NCBI GenBank assembly: GCA_044236265.1 | Contig: JBIIGV010000007.1 | Coordinates: 1 to 47,348, forward strand | Direction: 5' to 3' | Source of the DNA: Oligoflexales bacterium | GTDB lineage: Bacteria; Bdellovibrionota_B; Oligoflexia; Oligoflexales; RGVZ01 | DNA length: 47,348 nucleotides | Shown here: one piece after another, positions 26,032-33,900 of the stretch | Layout of the letters: each line of letters begins with the position of its first letter | How positions within the stretch are numbered: position 1 is the stretch's first letter | Notes under the pieces: model-generated | Databases searched by the model: none | The model's input: only the letters and a program-made list of their open reading frames with translations | What the model was told of the DNA's origin: nothing | Made by a program: the position numbers and the translations under genes

Positions 26032-28138
26032 TTCGATAGGTCCTATCAGAATTTTGTTCGATTGATTCCAACGCTGATGATGTCTCAATGGGCTGATTCG
26101 ACTCCAGGAAGTACATGCGTGCACCACCCTCTATTCGGTGACCATAGCGCGGATGAATTGTTGCTTCGGTGATGCCATCCGGTCTTTCGAACTGGGTTGG
26201 CGGCCTAATTGTAAATGAATTTCGGACAAATTGGTCCCATATGGGAAGTGCGACGCTACTTCCGGATGCGTTTGCGTAAATGGGGGCATGCTCGTCTGTT
26301 CCAACCCACACAATAGATACGAGGTTGGATGTGTAGCCACAAAACCAGTTGTCGGAGCTATCGTTGCTTGTACCTGTTTTGCCAGCAGCGTGGACTGCTA
26401 GGTCCGAGCTTTTCGCGGCGGTTCCACTGGTCAATACAGCTCGCATGCCCTGTGTCATTAAGTAGGCGATTTGTGCGTTTATGACTCTTTGAGTTCTGTG
26501 GTCTTCCGAGCTTCGCTCCCATAGAATGTCGCCATCGGCGTTCGTGATCTTTGTGATTGCGCTTGGCTCAGTTAGCATACCTTGATTAGCGTATGTCCCA
26601 TAAAGACGGGCCAAGTCGAGCATTGTAACATCGGAGGAGCCCAGGGCTGATCCGAACTCCTGCTTAATTGGTGATTTGATACCTAGTTTTTTGGCTCGGT
26701 CAATAATTGCCGGAAGACCAATCTTTGTTGCGATTTCGATGGTTGGGGAGTTCATCGAGCGGTAGAAGGCTCTCATCATCGTTGTTTCAGTAAGGTAGTC
26801 GTCCGATTGATTTTTAGGCCGATAATTTTCGATATTAATCGGTGAAACATAGATCATATCGCTCCATTTAAATCCGCGAAAGAGGGCCTCGGTGTAAACA
26901 ACCGGTTTGAATGCGGATCCTGGTGACCGCAGTGCGGAAGTTGTCCGGTTAAATTGTGACTTCCGATAATTTCGTCCTCCGACCATAGCGAGGATGTCGC
27001 CATTTTTCGGGTCGGTGACAAGCATTGAGGCTTCCACAGTTGCATTTTTTAAAAGTCCTGATTCCGGGTCTTTAATTTTGCCAGTTCGTTTCGATAGCTC
27101 ATTTAAGGGTTTGTCGTACCATCCTACAGAGCGCTCAGCTAGCGATTGCAGACGACTATTTAGTGTGGTGTAAATACGGAGACCGGTTGATTTCTTTAGT
27201 TGGGGAGTGGTGAGTTTAAGTTTTTTCATGAGATCAGCAACATAATCAACAAACCACGATGCTTTTTCGGTGTTGATGAACTTATATGGCTGATAAACGA
27301 GCTTTTGTGCTGCGATGGTTTTTGATTCACTTTCAGTAATTGTGCCATGTTTGCGCATAGCTTCGATCACCATGAGTTGTCGTTTTTTTGCCCGCTCTGG
27401 ATATTTGGCAGGATTGTAACGGCTTGGTGATTGGAAGAGACCTGCGATAAGTGCGCTCTCGGCAGCTGAAATATCTCGCATTTCTTTTCCAAAATAACGG
27501 TGTGCAGCTGCACCCACGCCATATGATCCATTGCCAAGAAACATAATATTGACATAAAGCTCTAGAATTTTCTCTTTACTCAGATGGCGTTCAACTTCCA
27601 GAGCCCAAGCGATTTCCTGAATTTTTCTCTCGATCGAACGCTCATTGTGTAAGATCGTATTTCTCACGAGCTGCTGGGTGATTGTGCTTCCGCCCTGGTT
27701 AAATGACTCTGATTTCAATCGCGAGACGATAACGCGAAGGATCGCGCGATAGTCAACTCCATGGTGGTCGAAGAAACTAGCATCCTCGATTCCCGTTAAT
27801 GCTTTAACGAAATGGTCCGGTAGCTCTTCAAAAGGTACGAAAACATGGTAGCGATCAAAGAATTCACCAATCTTTTTCTGATCACTGTCATAAACAATCG
27901 AATTGTCACGAAAGGAGTAATTTTCAAGGATTGAGATTCTTGATTTATCGAGGTTAAAGACGCCCAGGGCTTTCAGCCATAGGTAGATGCTTATGGTGCC
28001 TGCCAGTAACATGAGTGCAGAAAAAAGCAGAGATAATCGCAAAAACCTCATGGACCACGATGTTTTACCAGATTGCTCTGGAGTTTCCTCGGGTCCCGGT
28101 AGTACTGCCTTCATTTTCAACTTAGATTCTATTTCCAA
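26015..28138 (-). CDS. mrcA: Class A penicillin-binding protein (PBP1A family, transglycosylase + transpeptidase)
   Basis: EDASFFDHHGVD, GGSTITQQ, RKIQE; SAFK, SMN, KTGT; single N-terminal TM. Confidence 0.92.
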   Translation of the reverse strand: MEIESKLKMKAVLPGPEETPEQSGKTSWSMRFLRLSLLFSALMLLAGTISIYLWLKALGVFNLDKSRISILENYSFRDNSIVYDSDQKKIGEFFDRYHVFVPFEELPDHFVKALTGIEDASFFDHHGVDYRAILRVIVSRLKSESFNQGGSTITQQLVRNTILHNERSIERKIQEIAWALEVERHLSKEKILELYVNIMFLGNGSYGVGAAAHRYFGKEMRDISAAESALIAGLFQSPSRYNPAKYPERAKKRQLMVIEAMRKHGTITESESKTIAAQKLVYQPYKFINTEKASWFVDYVADLMKKLKLTTPQLKKSTGLRIYTTLNSRLQSLAERSVGWYDKPLNELSKRTGKIKDPESGLLKNATVEASMLVTDPKNGDILAMVGGRNYRKSQFNRTTSALRSPGSAFKPVVYTEALFRGFKWSDMIYVSPINIENYRPKNQSDDYLTETTMMRAFYRSMNSPTIEIATKIGLPAIIDRAKKLGIKSPIKQEFGSALGSSDVTMLDLARLYGTYANQGMLTEPSAITKITNADGDILWERSSEDHRTQRVINAQIAYLMTQGMRAVLTSGTAAKSSDLAVHAAGKTGTSNDSSDNWFCGYTSNLVSIVWVGTDEHAPIYANASGSSVALPIWDQFVRNSFTIRPPTQFERPDGITEATIHPRYGHRIEGGARMYFLESNQPIETSSALESIEQNSDRTYRNVFRH

Positions 28139-28172
28139 GTCTACGAATTCCTTTGAAGAAATTATGGTTGCT

Positions 28173-28199
28173 GTATCGGACGGCGTCGCCTTGCCTTTA
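28173..28199 (-). promoter_or_regulatory. sigma28-type promoter TAAA-N15-TCCGATAC
   Basis: Minus strand TAAAGGCAAGGCGACGCCGTCCGATAC, 35 nt upstream of TTG 28138. Confidence 0.7.
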
Positions 28200-28282
28200 C
28201 GCTACCATTCGGGTGCAACCGGAAGGCTGACCGTTAACCCACCGACATAATGGGGCTATTGCTTGACTTTGTCGAAATTGAC

Positions 28283-28309
28283 TAAGGAAATTCGAGTGGT
28301 TGCCGAAAC
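28283..28309 (+). promoter_or_regulatory. sigma28-type promoter TAAG-N15-GCCGAAAC
   Basis: TAAGGAAATTCGAGTGGTTGCCGAAAC, ~50 nt upstream of ATG 28361; divergent from the mrcA promoter. Confidence 0.6.
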
Positions 28310-28360
28310 GGACTACGAGGTTTGGGTCTGGTATCGATAACGGAGGGGGTCCTTTTGGTT

Positions 28361-29416
28361 ATGCAATTGCCATCTCGGGCGGTTAGTTTATTGCTGGTTT
28401 GCAAAAGTCGCAATGAAGGCAATCTACTGCGTCTCGCGATTGAAGAGTCTCTTTCTGGTTTACTAGCTGGTGTGTCTATTGTTCATGATGTTCAGGATGG
28501 GTTTGTATTCTACAAAGAGAAACATCCCGATCTCGTCGTTATTTGTGGTTTTGAAAGTGGGTTTTCGGAGGCGCTTACGATCAATATTCGTAGAGTTGAT
28601 GGCCGACGACACACGGGCGTCATAGTGATGGCTCCCGTAGACGAGAATCTCGAACAGACGTTTGCTAATAATTATCATGCAGGCGCAGATGATGTGATTA
28701 CGACAAATACAAGCATAACGATTCTAAAGTCAAAAATAATTGCTGTCATTAACCATAAGATTGCGGCAGACGAGTTGAGATCCGCTATTCATAAACTTGC
28801 TGAGATGAGCGTCACTGATGATCTAACCGGGCTTGCGAATATGCGTGGCTTTTTGAACAAGTTTCCAAAAACCATCCAAGGTTGTAGGGAGCATGGTCGG
28901 GGATTTGCTGTTTTAATGATGGATCTGGATCGATTCAAGATGATTAACGACACGATGAATCATCTTGTGGGCAGTTTTGTAATTAAATCAGTCGCTCGGA
29001 TTATTCGTCAGAAAGATCATCTGACCGAGGGTGATTATGCGGCTCGGTATGGTGGTGATGAGTATATCGTTGTCATTCACGATAATGATCTTGAACAATT
29101 GAATAAAAAAGCGGAATCGATTCGCGCCTGCGTACAAAAAGCGGAATTTTCATATCAAAAATTTGTAGCTAAGGTGACATGTAGCGTAGGTTTATGCTTC
29201 GTGCCCCCAGGGAGTACGATGAGCGGCGAAGAAGTGATAAAACTTGCTGACGCGATGCTGTATCGCAGCAAGGAAAAAGGTCGCAACCAAGTTCAGACAT
29301 TGAGGCTAGGGGATCCTGTTGATCTTGACCATGTTGGTCGGTCTAACCTGGTTGATGGGAATTCCCGCAGTGATGACGACAGTGTCGCCAGAGTTGACTA
29401 CGCCAAGGCCTTTTAG
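28361..29416 (+). CDS. Diguanylate cyclase with atypical receiver domain (GGDEY)
   Basis: DDLTGLAN, MDLDRFKMIND, ARYGGDEY, ADAMLYRSKEKGRN; N-terminal REC-like PDLVVI...AGADDVI; GGAGG RBS. Confidence 0.88.
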   Translation: MQLPSRAVSLLLVCKSRNEGNLLRLAIEESLSGLLAGVSIVHDVQDGFVFYKEKHPDLVVICGFESGFSEALTINIRRVDGRRHTGVIVMAPVDENLEQTFANNYHAGADDVITTNTSITILKSKIIAVINHKIAADELRSAIHKLAEMSVTDDLTGLANMRGFLNKFPKTIQGCREHGRGFAVLMMDLDRFKMINDTMNHLVGSFVIKSVARIIRQKDHLTEGDYAARYGGDEYIVVIHDNDLEQLNKKAESIRACVQKAEFSYQKFVAKVTCSVGLCFVPPGSTMSGEEVIKLADAMLYRSKEKGRNQVQTLRLGDPVDLDHVGRSNLVDGNSRSDDDSVARVDYAKAF

Positions 29417-30796
29417 AAGTTCAGGTAGCTGCTGAAGCAATTCATCCGTATTGTAAAATAGAGGGTTTTGCAGCCCATAGCATCCCCATATCAGGCTAAC
29501 ACGAGCAGCAACCTCCGGGCGTGGCGAAATGGCGATGACCGGAGTCTTGGGCCGCCACTTAGCCATGCTTCTTGCAATACTACCTGTCAATGTTAGCGCA
29601 ACGATCGCCTTTGCATTCAGAGAGTCTGCGGCTTCACATGCAGCCCTAGCAATTGCCTCGTGATCCTCCCAGTGTCGGGATCGATCAAGCTCATCCGTGG
29701 AATAGCGATCAGGACGTTTGAACGTCCAATGCTCAACCTCGCGAATGATATTCGCCATAGTCTTTACACATTCTACCGGGTATTTGCCCGAAGCGACCTC
29801 ACCGGAAAGCATGACACAGTCAGCACCATCAAGCACGCCGTTTGCAACATCTGCTACTTCGGCAAGAGTCGCTTGTGGATTTTCGATCATAGATTCCAGC
29901 ATTTGTGTTGCCACAATCACTGGTTTTGCATGACGTGCACCAGCTGCGAGTATCATCCGCTGGAATCCAGGGACTCGCTCTACGTTGCCCTCTACGCCCA
30001 AATCTCCACGAGCGACCATCAGACCATCAGCTGCTTGCGCAATTTCATCGATCGTTGCAATGGCTGGAAGCTTCTCAATTTTGGCGATAACTGGAATGTC
30101 GGAACCCATGGCTTTGATCATTTTCTTGATACCGTGGATATCGGCAGGGTCCTGCACAAAAGATAACGCAACATAGTCCACACCGTTTTGAATGCCGAAT
30201 AGAAGATCTCTGCTATCTTTTTCGGTCATTGCAGGCAAAGACAGCTTTGCATCTGGGAAGTTTACCCCTTTGCGAGGCTTCAATAGCCCACCATCTTCGA
30301 CGCGAACGATCACATTTTGACCTTTTATGTCCTCTATACGCAGAATGAAGTTGCCGTCGTCCATCATGACGCGTTGGCCGATGGATACATCTTTCACCAG
30401 GTCTTTGTAATCTATTGGGATGACTTTCGGGTCAGTTTGCTCGACACCAAAAACCAGCGTGTAGATTTCGCCTTTTTTGATCTCGATTCCGTTGTTGAGA
30501 AGTTTGCCGCAACGAATCTTTGGCCCTTGAAGATCTTGGAGTAAAGCAACCGGATGGCCTGTTTCTTCAGAGATGCGGCGAACCATGTCTATATTTTTTT
30601 TGTGAGTTTCGTAGTCTCCATGGCTGAAGTTGAGTCGGGCGATGTTCAGTCCCGAAAGAATCAATTCACGCAGGGTGTTCTCATTTGAAGATGAAGGGCC
30701 CAAGGTGCCAATGATTTTACAATGGCGAATTTCCTCGGCCGAGACGTTTTGAAAGTTTGGGAGTTTCAAGGAAGATGTCGCATTGACCTTTGACAT
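29306..30796 (-). CDS. pyk: Pyruvate kinase
   Basis: KIIGTLGP, ARLNFSHG, DLQGPKIR, MVARGDLGVE, ATQMLESM, DCVMLSGE; ATG 30796 after GAGAGG. Confidence 0.96.
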   Translation of the reverse strand: MSKVNATSSLKLPNFQNVSAEEIRHCKIIGTLGPSSSNENTLRELILSGLNIARLNFSHGDYETHKKNIDMVRRISEETGHPVALLQDLQGPKIRCGKLLNNGIEIKKGEIYTLVFGVEQTDPKVIPIDYKDLVKDVSIGQRVMMDDGNFILRIEDIKGQNVIVRVEDGGLLKPRKGVNFPDAKLSLPAMTEKDSRDLLFGIQNGVDYVALSFVQDPADIHGIKKMIKAMGSDIPVIAKIEKLPAIATIDEIAQAADGLMVARGDLGVEGNVERVPGFQRMILAAGARHAKPVIVATQMLESMIENPQATLAEVADVANGVLDGADCVMLSGEVASGKYPVECVKTMANIIREVEHWTFKRPDRYSTDELDRSRHWEDHEAIARAACEAADSLNAKAIVALTLTGSIARSMAKWRPKTPVIAISPRPEVAARVSLIWGCYGLQNPLFYNTDELLQQLPELLKGLGVVNSGDTVVITAGIPINQVRPTNMVKINRIP

Positions 30797-30994
30797 GGGT
30801 GGCCCTCTCGGTGGCTTACAAGATTCAAGACGCCTGATGGCGGGTCGGCCAACAAACGGGAGAAACATTAGTGCTTATGAAATGTTACACCTCTGGCAAC
30901 GGGACGTCAAAGCCAGGAGTCGTCACCATGGTGCTAATGCATCAGGTTTAAGCATCCGAAGGTAAACTGCGGGAATCATTGTATTGTCGGTGAC

Positions 30995-33900
30995 ATGGGC
31001 CTCCTTGGAGGAAGTGTGAGTAGCTCTTCAAATAGATTCACGGGTAAGTGGATCGGGCAGCGATACTGTATCGAGCAAGAGCTCGGTCGCGGTGGGATGG
31101 GTGCTGTTTATCGAGCTTTTCATGTCGATGACCCATCTAATGATGTTGCAATCAAGCTCATTCATCGAACCCAGAAAATGTCCTCAACTGATCTGCTCCG
31201 CTTTCAAAAGGAAGCGGCTCTGATGAGTCAGCTGTATCACTCCAACATTATTGCATTTCATGAGCTTGGAATATTCCAGGCCGAAGAGTCAAAGGACATC
31301 AGCCGCGGTTACTACATCGTGATGGATTATGCGCGCGGCAAGAATCTTAAAGAAAGTTTGGCGGATGATGGGCGGAAGGATCTGGCGTTTTTCTTTCAAG
31401 TAGGTCTCCAGGTCGCAGACGCTCTCGATTACACTCATGGTAAAAACATCATTCATCGCGATATCAAACCACAAAATATAATTATCAGTCAGGCTCCCGG
31501 TGATGAGCGCGGCGTTCATGTGCGTGTTCTTGATTTTGGTGTTGCACGCCTGGGTGATGTGATGGGGAGAGATGATGGCACTGCAGAAGAACGTGCGGGC
31601 ACTCCGATTTATATGGCGCCAGAGCAGACAGCCACTGGATTTGGAGTTTCTGATCATCGTGTTGATCTTTACTCTTTAGGGTGCGTTCTCTATGAGATCC
31701 TGACAGGGCACCCACCGTTTAGCGGGGATAATCGCGAGGCTCTCGAGCGCGCTCATCAGACATCCGAAGCGGAGCCGGTTCAAAGCATTAGACCCGATGT
31801 CCCTGGGGTTGTCTGTCAGATCATCCATAAGCTTCTAGCCAAGCGTCCTGATGAGCGTTACCAGACGGCCTTCTCATTATCTGCAGACTTGCTCCGAGCC
31901 AAAGCGTTGTGGGAGCAAAAACCTCGCAATGTTCCAACATTTCCCCTTGCACTCAAGGATGCATTCTTTGCTGTGTCAGCCCAGCTTCCGTTGCATGGAA
32001 GATCAGCTGAGATTGAGGCGATTCTTCATGAGTACAGCCAAGTCGCAGATGCTAAGGCACGGGGGCGGATCACCGTCGTCACGGGCGCGTCGGGTGTGGG
32101 GAAGACTCGCGTATTAAATGAGTTCAGGAGTAACCTTGCTGCGCGCAGGATTAAATTCCTGAGTGGAGTCTTCACACAGCATGAAAATGCATTGCCATTT
32201 AACGCCCTCGCAAATGCGTTTAACGAATTGCTGGTTAAAACTGCAAAGACATCTCCCGTCGATGCGGATGTGTTGTCTCGAAAAATTAAACAAATCATCG
32301 GTGCTGATGCGCATTTAGTGGCCGGCGTCGTTCCTGGTCTCAAGTCTTACCTTAATGACATTCCTGAGCCTGAAGATGGAACTGACATTGATGGTGAGAG
32401 ATATGCAAGATTTGCAAAAGCGTTTTCCGATTTTACGCGTTGCCTGGTTCCTGAGGCTCAGCCCTTGGTCATGATTCTAGATGACGTCCACTGGGCTGAT
32501 GAGAAAAGCCTGGGGCTCATTGACCAGTTCTTCTCCAATGCCAACTCTTTGCGCTTTCAATTGGTGATCGGCTGCAGAATGGATGCTGTGCAGGAGGGGA
32601 GTCCTTTTTGGCGATTTATTCAGAAGTTCCGTGGATTGAAACTTCGTTATGCAGAGGTCAACTTAAGTGCGCTATCTCTCGATGCGTCACGTTCTGTTGT
32701 AACGTCGCTGTTAAGGCAGTCTCAAGCGGTCTCTTCGGAGCTCGCTGAGCATTTGGTAGCAAAAAGTGGCGGGATACCAATGCGCCTTGTCGAGTTGACG
32801 CGTCGCTTGGTTGCTTTAGATATGATTCGTCTAAACAGACGAGATAAGGGCTGGGAGTACGATCTGTCAGAAATTCGTGCTGCTAAGATAAGCTTAACGG
32901 CAGTGGACTTAGTGTTAGGTCGGCTAACCGAATTCAAGGGTGCAGAGTTAACAATTCTGCGAACGGCTGCCAGTTGCGGCATGTCGTTCCAGTATGAGAC
33001 GTTACTTTTGCAGGGAAAGCAGCCAGCAACCGGCGTGGTTAAGTTGATTGAAAGAGCCATTGATGAAGGAATCATCGTCAGAGCTCCGGAGCCGCCCGGC
33101 CTTAAGCATTTGGGTAAGGCGTATCTTTTCGTGCATAAAAAAGTTCGCGATGCTCTCTATGATGTGATCGAACTAAACGAAAGGCGCTCACTTCATGGGG
33201 CTATTGCAAGGCAGTTAATGGAGGCAGTTGAAAAGCCCAAAGATCAGATGCTTTTTGCTATTGCCCAGCATTTAAACAAAAGTCGAGATCTATCGGCTTT
33301 GGATCCTGAAATTGAGCAGCAGGCATTAACGTTTAATATGAAGGCTGGTGACGCAATCCGGCTAAAGCAAGGGTGGACGGCTGCTAACAACTATTATCGG
33401 ATCGCTCTTGAGATAATTGACCAAAAGACGATTCCGAAGGTTGATCCTTCTATTCGACGAAAAATTATTGAGCGTCTTGCAGATGTTAATGCGGGCCAGA
33501 CAAACTTTAAAATTGCATTGCAACGTTATGCTGAATTGTTACAGCAGCCCATGTCAAAGTCGGAGTTTTCTTCAGCGGCTGCCAAAGCATCTCAGCTCCA
33601 TCTGGTTTGTGGAAATGTTTCTGAGTCTTTATCTTGGATTCGAAAAGGCTTGGAAGCGCGTGGTTTGCTGCTTCCAAAAATTGGTTGGCTCGATAGACTT
33701 AAGTTCTTTGTGGGTATGTTGACGGATGCTCTATTAGCAGGGAGCCCTGGGGCCCCCTTGGTGGCAGGTTTAAAGAAATGCTGGGCGGGACGTCAAAAAC
33801 TTGGGGATGGTGCTGATGTACATTTTTCACAGGCAAGACTTCGGTTTTTGTTGGCATTAGCATCCAGTCGACATGACCGGGCACTTTCTGAGTCTGCGCA

